From NCBI RefSeq assembly GCF_004010195.1, contig NC_057728.1:44082569-44146568 (forward strand): a stretch of DNA of 64,000 nucleotides, read 5' to 3'. Below the pieces are notes generated by a model. That model saw nothing but the letters and a program-made list of their open reading frames with translations. It was not told the DNA's origin and did not search any database. The stretch comes from Chiloscyllium plagiosum. Taxonomy: Eukaryota. Every line of letters starts with the position of its first letter. The first letter of the stretch is position 1. A program made the position numbers and the translations under genes. This document shows, one piece after another, positions 25,977 through 38,195 of the stretch.

Positions 25977-27419
25977 GTAAGCCACATCAGAATAATGCAA
26001 CAATTAGTGACCAAAAATGAACAGGGTAACTGTGAATAACAGGAAGCCTTACTCACTGACAGTGCATATCAGTAGCCAGGTATGGGCTGCCTGTGATTTG
26101 CTGACAGGAAGTATGTATTAAATTATTTCTCCTGTGTTTCTTGTGCTCCCATGTAGATGCTGATAACAATTATGTAAAGTTCCTTCCACTTTTCTTGTTT
26201 TTAGCAGTCACATTTGAGTGCATCCTGCCCCGTTTATGCACTTGGTGTCAAAGTTGATAGTACCCACACCAAGGATTGGTATTATGCTGATAGCAGTTTA
26301 GATACATCATTAAAATGGAACAGTGGACTAAACTGGAAATTGCCCCTCCTTGTACTTTATCATTAGCCACATTCTTCCCCCCCACCCCGGCAAATGCAAT
26401 GATCCATTTTGATATAGTCTTGATTCTTGTTCAATTTAAATGAACAAAAGTGATAGCAAACAGAAAGGATTCATGGTTTTCACAGCATTTGATATGGTAG
26501 TGTAGAACTGACTGGCTGACAGTGGCTTATGTTGGATTTGGCAGTGCCATTGTTTTATCCATAAATATTTATACACAGCTTTGGTTAAGGCAATATTTCT
26601 GCGTTTTAGCCACAAGATAGGAACTGATAACTGATTCTCAAAACATGCCTTAGAAAATTCAATGTTGACTATCACCAATTTCTTCCCTCCCTTCAGCCAA
26701 TGGTGTTTTGTCTTTGTTGGTGCAAATCATGACACGTGCATTGCTAATTGCTGCTCCTCCGCTCCAATAACTGCTACATATATGCAAATCTTAATAATGT
26801 GGTTCGGTGGTCATCACAGGCCAAGTTCACAGTCATGACTTGGACCAATTTTAACTCCTGCACCAGGGTATCACTATAATTAGATCCAAAAACAGAAATT
26901 TCTGGAAAAGCTCAGCAGGTCTGGTACCATTTAGAGAGAAAACTAGAGTTAGATGATTGGGCACAGGCTAGCAATCAAACCTGGGAATTTCTTTGTTCGT
27001 TTGCATTTAAATCGACTTATACAAATGGAGAAGTATAAAACATAGGAACATAGAAAATACTAGACAAACAAAAATGATGTTCGTCTACTGTCCTTTACTG
27101 TCCTGGAACTTGCATGACACAATAATGATGGAGTTGTTGAATAAACATAACAATCAAACTTTATCAAATAACTCAACAATGGAGATGAGGAAAAACACTA
27201 ACAACTTTGATATAAAGTCACATTTTCTCTCCCAAGGTACTATATTCAGTTACATTTGAATAATATTTATACAATATGTTCATGCAACGTCAAGCATAAT
27301 TATAGTGTATAATTATTTGACTGACAAGGCAATGTTTGAATGGTAGCATTTGACATTTTTAAGTGTCTGTATTTGACTTCTAATATGGACATCAGGTCCA
27401 AGAAAGCAAGATATTTTCT

Positions 27420-27720
27420 TTTATTTGTTCATAGGATGTGAGTGTTGCTGACTGAGCCAGTATTTATTGTCTATCCCTAATTAATTGCCGTTTAAGATTC
27501 AACCATATTTCTGTGGGTCTGGTGTCATGTGTAGGCCAGACCAGGTATGGATAGCAGATCTCTTTCCCTAAAGGTCATTAGTGAACCAGATAGATTTTAC
27601 AATAATCAACAATGGGTTCTTGTTTTTAATTTCAGGAATTTGTTGAGTTCAAACTTCACCATCAGCCACTGTAGGTTTCAAACTCATATCCTCTGACATC
27701 AATTTAGGATTCAGGATTAC
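27420..27720 (-). mobile_element. Decayed SINE with CR1-clade tail (similar copy at ~13020-13400)
   Basis: Reverse tail tttattgtctatccctaatt, body tgtaggccagaccaggta..gtgaaccaga, and a tRNA-like head. Confidence 0.55.
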
Positions 27721-28851
27721 AGAGGCAGTCCCATGATGACACATTTTTCCATGGATGATATTATGGATTATTAAAATCCACATTTTAAGTAGTAATTATA
27801 AATTTTGATCCATCCCAACAAGGGGCATAAATGTGATTTTCTAATGTTTTAAATACACCTAATATTTTGGTTTTGAATGATTGGTGAGATCATACAGCAA
27901 AAACCTATAAGTTCTGGAGTAAAGTTAAAACTTTGGTCTTTTATACATGTTTGTAATACTCCATACAATTCAACTAAATGGTTAATAATGCTTGTAAGCC
28001 ACACTTGTATTTGCATGTCATTGTGTCACCATGGTGCATCAGTCAACTAAAATGACAAAAGCATTGCAGAGAAATGAACTGAATCAACTTCAGCTAAAAC
28101 ATCAGACACAGTAGAAGAATGATAAAGATGATTTTGTTTTGTACTTCAATGTATATTTTAATTCTTTTAAATTTGTGTTTAAGTATAACAGCTAATATGG
28201 ATTTCAGAATCAGGACAGTAATGTTCATTGTGATTGAAATCTGTGGTCTTTATGATAGATTAGTAAGTTTGTTAATTGAGTGGCTGAATCACATACAGAA
28301 GGAAGACTTGCATGTCTGTTGGTCTGTAGCATTAGATGGTTTTAGCAGGAATTGTTGACAGTCTGTTTTAAAGTTTGGTTGATGTACACAGCTCTTTTAT
28401 TGGCCCGGGCCACAAATAGCCAAGCAACTGCAAACTCATCATAGACCTAGGTTGGCTTGGCATCCTTTTGCCTTTTGGGTGGCATCATGTCCATGTAGAT
28501 TAGTGGGAATGTTGACTTGATTTAACTTGTAATGAATAACCTGTAGAGGGGTGAATAATGGGCACAAGAAGGAGGTTATGCAAATAACAAGAGCCTATGG
28601 AATTAGAATATCTGTGGCTAGCAGTCTCCATGTTCTCATTTAAAACCAACAACTTAAAAAGCTTAGGTTAGGCAACAATTGATAAGTATTAGAAATATGT
28701 GGATACATACAACAATACCTCCCCACCCCACTGTCACACACATACACACAGACACAAATTGAGCCATTCAGAAAGCAGAAACTACAAGCCAATTAGCTTA
28801 ACATCTGTCGTAGGAAAAATGTTAGTAGAAATAATTAATAATGAAGTAATA

Positions 28852-29815
28852 AGAACAGGAGTAGGCCATTCATCCTCTTGAGCCTATTCCACCATTCAAT
28901 GGGGTCATGGCTGTTCTGTGGCCTAACTCCACATCCCTGCCTTTGACTCATATCCCTTAATACCTTTGCTTAACAAATGTTTATCTATCTCAGATTTAAA
29001 ATTAACAACTGATTCAGTGTTCTTTTGTGGAGGAGAAACATTTACCATCCTTTTTGCAAAGAACTGCTTCCTATCATCCCTCCTGAATGGTCTGGCCCTG
29101 ATTTTTACGACTATGCCCCTAGTTCTAGAATCCCCAAACAATGGAAATAGTTTATTTATACCGTCATTTCCTGTTAATATCTTGAATATTTCAATCATGT
29201 AACCTCTTAACCTTCTAAATTCTTGAGAAAACAGGCCTAAGTTGTATGATTTCTCCTAATAATTTAATCCCTGAGTATCATACTTATAAACCTGCATTGT
29301 ACACTCTCCAAAGACAGCATATCCTTCTTAAGGTGTGGTGCCCAGATCTGCTGTCAGTACTCCAAGTGGGGTCTAACCAGGGTTTTGAATAACTGCAGTA
29401 TGACCTCTGCATCCTTGTATTCCAGTCTTCGAGATATAAAGAAGGAGAAAGTGAGGACTGCAGATGCTGGAGATCAGAGCTGAAAAATGTGTTGCTGGAA
29501 AAGTGCAGCAGATCAGGCAGTATCCAAGGAGCAGGAGAATCATCGATGATGCTGCCTGACCTGCTGCGCTTTTCCAGCAACACATTTTTCAGTTCTAGAT
29601 ATAAATGCCAACTTTCCATTAGCTTTCTTGATTATTTTCTGCACTCATTCTTGACATTTTAAAGACTTATACACCTGAGCCCCCAAATCCTTTTAGACAT
29701 TCACTGTATTTAACTTCACACCATCTAGAGAGTACCTGATCTATCTTTTTTTTAGTCTAAAATGGAGAACATCACACTTACTTACATTGAACTCCATCTG
29801 CCACTATTTTGCCAG
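28852..29815 (-). mobile_element. Nested CR1 LINE 3' fragment
   Basis: ORF 28923-29198 (MIEIFKIL..RTRG..RKQFF) and reverse tail aggagtaggccattc. Confidence 0.8.
29441..29592 (+). mobile_element. Family A palindromic element with deleted centre
   Basis: Same arms as the 23607 copy; TSD TTC(G/T)AGATATAAA at 29428-29440 and 29593-29605. Confidence 0.8.
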
Positions 29816-29977
29816 GAGGGCACTTAAATGTATTCAAGGTAATCAAGCAATGTCAACGTGGCTTTGTAAAACGAAGTTATATTTGCTCAATCTAAAGGAA
29901 GTAACATGCTGTGGATAAAGGGGAATTGATGGATGCACTGCACTTAGATTTCCAGACAGCATTTGATAGAGTGCCAC

Positions 29978-30285
29978 CTGGCACAGTGGTTAGCATTGCT
30001 GCCTCACAGCACCAGAGACCCGGGTTCAATACCTGCCTCAGGCAACTGTCTGTGTGGAGTTTGCACATTCTCCACGTGTCTGCATAGGTTTCCTTTGGGT
30101 GCTCCAGTTTCCTGCCGCAGTCCAAAAATGTGCAGGTTAGGTGAATTGGTCATGCTAAATTGGCCGTAATGTTAGGTGAATGAGTAAATGTAGGAGAATG
30201 GGTCTGGGTGGGTTGCTCTTTGGAAGGTCGGTGTGGACTTGTTGGGCGGATGGTCCTGTTTCCACACTGTAAGTAATCTAATCTC
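29978..30285 (+). mobile_element. HE1 V-SINE, near full length
   Basis: tRNA head (ggcacagtggttagc..gggttcaata), V core, tail and (taatc)n. Confidence 0.9.
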
Positions 30286-31344
30286 ATCAAGGTTATTCGG
30301 AAAATAGAAGCAGGTTGTGTAGGGGACACCATTTTGCAATGGAGAAAGGATTAACTAGTGAACAAGAAACAGACAGTAGACTTAACAAACTAATTTTCTG
30401 TTTTACAAGCTGTAACAAGCAGAATGGCACAGGAATTAGTACTGGGCTGTCAAATTTTAACAATTTATATAAATGCCTTGAGTGATGTGGCTACTAAATT
30501 TTCTGATGACACAAAGACATCTAGGAAAGTAATTTATAAAGAGGGCTTAAGGACAGTTAGAAAGGAAAATTATAGGTTATGTGCATGAGCAAATATCTGG
30601 CAAATGGAGTATAATATGTGAAAATATTGAATTGTTCATTTTTGGCAGGAAGAATAACAAAGAAACATAATATCTTAATGTGTAGAGGGCTCTGCAGAGC
30701 TCCGAGATGCAGAGGGATCTGGGTGACCTGGTACATAAATCACAAAATGTAAGTATGTAGGCACACCAATAATTAGGCGAAGTTCAGTTCTCTTGTCATG
30801 TTGCATTACTGTCAAATACAGTGGGAAGCATTGACACAATGAAAGATTTCTCCCTTCGGACCTCCAGCAGCCAGAGTAATGACTGGCACAGAGATTAAGT
30901 GGATCCCACACTTCAATCGATTTGCCTGTTTCCCCCTCCAATCCCCATAAGTGAACAGGAAAATGTCTCCAAATCTATTAAGGGGATACCCCTGTAAAGA
31001 GCTGGATTCTAATCAGCTTCTCACTGCAGGTGAATTTCTGATGCCAAATTGATCTGGCTCCCATTTATGGTTCTGTGGCAAAAGTTCAACCTGCTATCTG
31101 GTCTAATGACACATTTCATCTGCTAGTCTATTTTCTTGGTGGTTGTAGCATTTCTTGAGGATGTCCAAATATATTTCAAATGCAACCGATGCTTTCTCAC
31201 TCCATGACCCTTACATGTGGGAAGTTTTAGATCCTTATAACCCTCTGGATGCAAATAATTTTCTGTGACTCCACTTGAAGCCTTCTGCCAATTCTTTAAA
31301 GTTTGGGAAAAGTAATCCATGCCCTGCATTACTGACCTGTCCAC

Positions 31345-31437
31345 TTCCTGAAGAAGGGCTCATGCCCGAAACGTTGATTCTCCTGCTCCTTGGATGCTGC
31401 CTGACCTGCTGCGCTTTTCCAGCAACACATTTTCAGC
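31345..31437 (-). mobile_element. Family A single-arm element
   Basis: cctgaagaagggctcatgcccgaaacgttgattctcctgctcc...acattttcagc. Confidence 0.75.
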
Positions 31438-31674
31438 ACTAGCGAAATAAGCCCATTCTATGTATTTTATCTAGGTTGTTCATAATTTAAATTCCTCAAT
31501 AAAATCTCCCTTCAACCTGCTGTATTCTGAAGAAAAACACATCAGCCTTTTCAATTTTTTCAGTGATTATGCCTGATTAAATGTAATTGTAGTTATTGCT
31601 ATCCTGCAATAAACACTTGTGTTGCCTTTGAACAGTGCTTCTTCTGTACATACTGTACAGTGGTGTAACCTTTA

Positions 31675-33530
31675 TCTTTTTAATTTCAAAATATACATTA
31701 TTCATAAGAAAAATCTTTGTATGCAAGTTACTGAAGCACTTTGGTTCTGTACAATAGCATATGAAGGAACAAACAAACATTCGAGATTGACTCTACCCAA
31801 CAAACAACATTAAGGCATTTCTTAATTGCACAAGGCTATATTTACATGTATTTAAGGTACAGAGAGTGTCGGAAAACTGAACAGACTTCTGTGGAAGGGG
31901 CCTCTTTCCTTTACTCCGCACTCAGGCCAGTGTCTGGGGTTCGCCAATTACTGTGGTGGTCTCTCTCCAGGAGGCTCTGAAACATAAAAGACCCGGAATG
32001 CTACACGAGGGCAACTCCGCTGGAGAGAGAGCGCTGAACCGAACTCACTGTTTTTAGCCTGACCAGCGAGTTGGAACTTATCTCCAAACAGTAATCACAA
32101 CTGCCTCCAATGTCTGAGCGATTCCCTCTCTTGTTGGTAGGACAACGGCCATCTGGTACCTACCCACTCAGGCAGTACCCCCAAGAGAGAGAAAGAGAGA
32201 GATCAAACTGCTTATCCTGGTCAGAAATCCCCCTTGAATCGCCCGGATCACCCTTCGGTCCTTGACACTGGAATTATTTTCTGGGATCTGTTGTGAACTC
32301 AGCCAGAATTGGTGTATGCAGAAGGAGCACAGACGGACTCAAACATGAGTTGAAAATTACCAGTGAACTTTATTACAAATAAAAAAAATCAACTTGCCCA
32401 ATCCATACAATACTTTGATGAAACTTATGCTCTATTCTATGATATAAAATATAAGAAAACTGGAGCCGACACAACGTAAATCTTTAAACTTACACAATTT
32501 ACAAGGTACTTATACTTCAAGAATTACACAACTACCCTCCCTCCGTTCCTTACCAACTGCTCCAGGGTACGAGTGTCCCGGGTCTGAAAAGGGCTCTTAC
32601 AGTCTCAGAGGGACTTGTTGCTTGTCCAGTGGGTCTCCGCCTCTGCCTTGGGTGTTGTTGCAGACTGCTGATTTTTTTTTTACTGCTGAAGGTTGAGACA
32701 GGGTCGATGTCTTCAGCTCCAAAGGATTGGCGTGCTCAGAGCAAGGAGAGTGAAAGGTAAAAGAGCCCCGATAGTTGGCCCTGCTGCCCCCTTTACCCGT
32801 GCGATTCCAAAGACCCTGCCGGCTCCGCCCCTCAGGTAATTCCGTTTCACAAAGCATCTCCGGTGATTGCTGGGGCCGGATTCATCTCATCTTTTGTGGA
32901 AACAAAAGGGTCGATACTGTCCCAAATTTACTTAACTGAAATTTTGATAACTTCCCAAACTATTTTCAGATTAGAGTAAATCGTTATCCCATTAACTAGA
33001 TAAGGCTCCATTGTTCCCAGTTTTGGGGTTCATTACCATTTCTATGCCTGTCCCTTGATACGATGACTGGCGGGTGCCATTTTGTAGGTCCTGTTGTTTC
33101 ATACCTCTGAGGATCTGTCCCTAGAAGAAGGTGTGTCCTTATTCTGGCAGGTCTGCTGGGAATTCTTGTCTGCACAGATGCCGGATTGACCAGTTTTTCA
33201 CAACAGGCCATTTGCTTTCAGTCTTTCCTTTTAAAACTGGGGATTGCCCTGAAACTGCTACATCTCCATTTAACTTTGGCAGAAAGACCTCAGGTAGTGG
33301 TCTTTCCCCACTGTGCCTTGGCCCCAAGCTTTAGTGCGTCCCTCAACAAGGAGTCTTGGACCTTGGAACATTCCAGTCTGCAACATTCAGTTGGGGTTAA
33401 CTCCTTGCTCTGGAAAACCAACATGTTTTGGGCAGATCAAAGAGTGTCTTTCACCGGGTTAATGGTCCTCCACGTGCAGTCACTTTTTGTCTCGATACGT
33501 GTCATGGGGAACAGACCTTACAGCACAGTT
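31675..33530 (-). mobile_element. Tx1/L1-clade LINE 3' end, interrupted by an insertion at ~31867-33262
   Basis: Minus strand 33530-33290 translates to WRTINPVKDTL*SAQNMLVFQSKELTPTECCRLECSKVQDSLLRDALKLGAKAQWGKTT, a Tx1-type ORF2 C-terminus. An A-rich terminus lies at ~31675-31710. Confidence 0.7.
31867..33262 (-). mobile_element. Young LTR-like insertion (possible solo LTR)
   Basis: CpG-retaining and GC-richer than the flanks; TG...CA ends. On the minus strand: GC box (32821-32830), CCAAT (32726-32730), A-rich TATA-like tract (~32671-32683), AATAAA (32369-32374). No TSD identified. Confidence 0.45.
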
Positions 33531-33689
33531 TCTCTATCACCAGTCACTAGATAGATCTAAGACAAAGCAAAGTCAAAGGAGGATTGGTACCAGCAAACAA
33601 CCTCAAAGAGCTCTTACCAACACCATAGACATGTAAAGGTGGCAAACATGTAGTATTTGGGAAAATACTACATGTCCAACAGTGTATCT

Positions 33690-36000
33690 TTCATAGAGCC
33701 ATAACATTGAAAGAGACACTTTGGCCATCATATCCATGTGGATCATTAATCAACCAACTATTCTAATCCCATATTCTAGCATTTGGCCTATAGCCTTATA
33801 TGCTATTGCCGTTTCAAGTGTTCATCTGAATAATTTTAAATTGAAGGTTCCCACTTCTACCACCGCTTTAATCAGTGAGTTCGGGATGACCACAACCCTC
33901 TGAGTGATTTTTTCTCCCAAAATGTCCCCCTAGACTTCCTGTTCTTTACTTTAAAATTGAGTCCCCTGGTTTTTGACCCCTGTACTAAAGGCAAAAGGTT
34001 AGCCTTATTTCCTCTGTCTATACCCTTCAGAACTCTGTACACCATAATCAGGTCACCCCCTCAACCTTCTATGCTATTTAGCCTTGTTTCATAGTTGAAT
34101 CACTTCAGCCCACACTAGATCCTGGTGAACCACTTCTGCACCTTTGCTCATGCAATCACATCCTTCCTATGGTATGGTGACCGGAACTGTACACATTACT
34201 CCAGCTGTGGCCTAACAAATGTTATATACAACTCCATCATAATCTCCATGCTCAGGTATTGAATGCCATCACTAATAAAGGCAAAAATTCCATATTCTTT
34301 CTTAACCATCATATCTACTTGTCCTATTGTCCTCAAGTGTTTTTGGACATGTCCATTAAAGTTTCTCTAATCCTCTTTACTTTTGAGGATCCCACCATTC
34401 AGTGTGCACTCCTTGCCTCATATCCTGCAGGATTAATTCCATTTGCTACAGTTCAGCCCATCTGAGCTCCCCATCTACATCACCCTGGAGTCTAAGGCTT
34501 TAGTCTTTGCTATTTATCACATCACTAGTCTTCGTGTCATATGAGAATTTACTGATCATACCTCCTATATTTGCATCTAAGTCATTAATATACACAACAA
34601 ACAGCAAAGGCTTCAGCACCAAACCCTGTGATATGCCACTGGACACATGCTTCTAAATCATAAAACTTCCTTCAGCAATCATCCTTTGCTTCATGGCACT
34701 TAGTCAATTTTGGATCTGATTTTGCTAAATTGCCCTGGATCCGATTGGCTCTTAGCTTCTTAACCGGTCTGCCATGCAAGACTTTGACAAAACCTTTACT
34801 GAAGTACATGTAGATGGTATCAACTACAAACACAACTAGTCACCTTCTCAAAAAATTCAAATTTATTAGACATGATCTCTCCCTTACAAAGCCATGCTGA
34901 CTATCCTTGATTTATCCTTGTCTCTCTAACTAGAGGTTATGTGTCCCTCAGAAATGTTTCCAATACTTTCTCTACCACAGATGTTAGACTTATTGATCTG
35001 TAGTTTCCTGGTTTTCCCTATCATACTTCTTAAATAATGTATCACGTTTGCTGTCCTCCAGTCCTCTGGTAGCCTTCGTGGTCAGAGAGAATTTAAAAAT
35101 AAATGTCAGCGGCCCACAATTTCCTCTCTTGCTTTTCATACTATCTCGGGATGCATCTCATCTGGGCCAAGGGATTCACTTTCAAGCATACCAAAACTAT
35201 GAATACTTCCTCCCTCTCAATGCTAATTTGTCCAAGTATAACACAGCCCACCTCCTCCCTGACTGCTAAATCTACAATGTTCTTCTCAACAATGAATACA
35301 GATGCAGAAGATTCATTTAAAGCCTTAGCTATGTCATCTGGCTCCATTCACAGATTGCCACTTTGGTCTCTAATGGAACCTAGTCATTTCTTTGTTATTA
35401 ATTTACTTCTAACATATTTATAAAACACCATTGCATTTGTCTTAATGTTACCTGTCAGTGTTTTTTCATGTCCTCTGTTTGTTCTCCTAATTTCTTTCAT
35501 AAGCAACCTCCCAAGTTTATTCCTAATCCAATCTTGTATATCCCTTGACAGCTAGAGTTCTCTGGGTTTGTTGACCCCACCCTTCACCTTTATGGGAACA
35601 TGCTGACCCTGTATTCTCACTATGACCTTTTGAATGTCTCCCACTGCTTTGATGTGAATTCACATGCAAGTAGCTGCTCCCAGTTCACTTTGGCTAGATC
35701 TCTCATATTTTGTCAACATCAACCTTCCCCCGGTTCAGAACCTTTCTTCCTGGTCTACCTTTGTCCTTATCTATAATTACTTTGAACCTTAATAAATTAT
35801 GATCACAATCAACAAAATGCTCCCCTACATCCACATCTACCACTTGCCGGACATTGTTCTTTAAGATTAGGTCCTGTACCTCTCTTTACATATTGGCTTT
35901 AAAAAGTCTCCTGGACTCATTTTAAGAATTCTGCTCCTCCTAAGCCTTTCATACTTTTGTTTATACTGGGGGAAGTTGAAATCTTGTACTATTAATACTC
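33690..36000 (-). mobile_element. Long decayed CR1 LINE
   Basis: Reverse 3' tail at ~33695, RT motifs (ggttttgtcaaagtc, LVGRSC-like), and ORF 35141-35347 (EEVFIVLVCLKV..) remnant. Confidence 0.8.
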
Positions 36001-36009
36001 TTATTATTT

Positions 36010-36113
36010 TCTGTAGTATAGCACTAGATTGTCAGCAGTGACTTTTGGGCAGAGGTCCTACAGTGGGGCTTGAACCCACACCTTTGGACTTAGTGTCAAC
36101 CAACTGAGCCACA
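36010..36113 (-). mobile_element. DeuSINE-like tRNA head fragment
   Basis: Reverse complement of tgtggctcagttggttgacac..gtgggttcaagcccca. Confidence 0.55.
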
Positions 36114-37704
36114 ACTCTCAGCGGAAGTCAGCTGTTACATTATTAGAAGTTGATCCGGCATACCCGGTGCATCGTGTATCCACAATCAAATACGTTTATG
36201 CCAAATTTATATTGATGACAGGATATCTGAATTATTGGCTGAAAGAAAAATCCTACAGTGTTGCAGCTGGAGACGATAGGATGTGTTAATCCAATGTGGC
36301 CTGGTGTACTAATGGAGTAGACTGCAGAGGTCTACGAAAGTCTCCATTAATCAAACCAGCTGCACGTGTCCATCTGTCAAACCAAGGAAAGAGTAATTTA
36401 GGTATCTTTGCAAATAGTGTTTTCGTCCAGCTCTTTTTTTTTGAGTATTTTAGTGAAGGCAGGAAATGTAGTTGCTAAAGGGCACAGCTGACCATGCCAA
36501 ACATTTTGTAAACACATGGCAGAAATGCAAAGGTCTAAACATTTAAAAAAAAGGGCAGGCAAGGGTGCCCTTTGGAAGCCAGGGAACACATGCATGACTT
36601 TAAAAGGAATGGTAGCAACCTTTTTGACTGAAATATCCTCATCGTGAAATATTTTAAGAATTTGTGATCATACATCTATTGAAACTAAAATTGCAATTAA
36701 TCACTACAAGCATTGTTTGCAAGGCACACAGTTCGAGAAATATTATTGATCTATATTGTTTCAATAGCACAAGCTAAACCAGATGGATTGAAGACAAGAA
36801 CTATTAATCTAACAGCAATTTGACCAGCACAACAAAATCAACAGTTCTGCATTAGCGTTTGGGTTTTGTAAGAAAAGAAAACACCGCTGAAATTGGTCAG
36901 CTTATTTTTGAAAATAAAATTACAAATGACAGTATCACTGTTTTTCAACAGCTTAGACTAATCAAACATTCAGATGAAAGGCTGTGAACTCAATGAAAAG
37001 GCTCACATGCCTAAAATGGAGATGCATTGTCAATTTGAATTTTGCTGGTTCTCAAACACTGTGCAGCCTTTAAGGGTCTGAGACAAAGGCTTATGCAGCA
37101 TTTAATAAGAAGCATGTTAACAATGCTTTCTTCAAGGGAGTGAGAAAGCAGCTTTAATGTATGATTTGAATTTTTATTATTTTCTAGAAAGGAAGGGGGT
37201 GTGGGGAAGGTGGGGGGCAAAATATGGTAACCAGATGGCATTTCTATGCTCTAGTTGTCTGATAATAGCTCCTGTCAGCAAGTGATAAGCTGGAAACACA
37301 TTTTGTTCCCTGTTTGCTTTTGCAGCCACACCTGCTCCTCAGCAACATGTAGACAGGTTTACAGTTATTTCAGCCATCAGTCAGCTTTGTTTTATATTTA
37401 CAATAAAGAGTCCTCCAAATACCTTCAGTGTTTTCCTTGTAAAAGCATAACTTTCCAATATATTACGCGTCTGATGTTTTCTCACTTTCCATGCTGAGTG
37501 AAGTCAAACTATACCTGTATTGAACTGGATTATTAGTGCAAGGAACGTGACAGATGCACAGTTACAACTCTTTATCATATTCTAAGGTTTTGTAGGTAAT
37601 TCAAATTGGTTGTTAATTTTTTTTAGGGGCTGTATTTATATCATTAGCAGCAATGTTTAGCAACATGGAGTTCTATTGCCCACTTTGCATGTCTGAATTT
37701 ATTT

Positions 37705-38195
37705 TATTCATTCATGGAATATGAGCACTGTTAGCTGTGACAACATTTATTGCCTATCTCAAGTTGGCCTTGAGAAGATCATGGTGAGCTGCCTAATTGA
37801 GCCACTACAGTCCATTAGGTGTATGTACATCCACAACATTATGGAAAGAATTCCAGGATTTTGACACTGAAAGAATACTGATAAATTTCCAAGTCAGAAT
37901 AGTATGTGGCTTGGAAGGGAACTTGCACTCAAGTATCTGTTGCTTCTAAATGGTTGTGGTTGTAGGTTTAGAAAGTACCATCTTAGCAATTTTGGTGAAA
38001 GTGAGGTTGAGTATTATCAGACCAATCATGATCTCATTAAATTGCAGAACAGACACAATGGGCTGAATTACTTACGTATTATGGTCATCCAGAAAAGTGG
38101 GGAGTACTTCCTCACATTTCTGACTTGTGCCTTGCGGACAGGCTTTGGGGAGTCAGGGAGTGTGTTATTTGCTGCATGCTTTCTAGCCTATGACC
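37705..38195 (-). mobile_element. CR1-clade LINE 3' fragment (family of 18170-21010)
   Basis: Reverse tail atttattgcc..ccttgagaag..gtgagctgcc and ggacaggctttggggagtcagg. Confidence 0.65.

Larger units (their letters stand above)
28770..30790 (+). mobile_element. CR1 LINE RT remnant broken by nested insertions
   Basis: NYKPISLTSVVGKML (28780-28825), LDFQTAFDRVP (~29945-29977) and KFSDDTK (~30497) are collinear RT motifs separated by inserts. Confidence 0.75.

Noticed and set aside
25365..26039. 224-aa ORF as a complete single-exon gene
   Set aside because: TMTC2 similarity is bounded by the AG and GT splice sites; the ORF extensions are intronic read-through.
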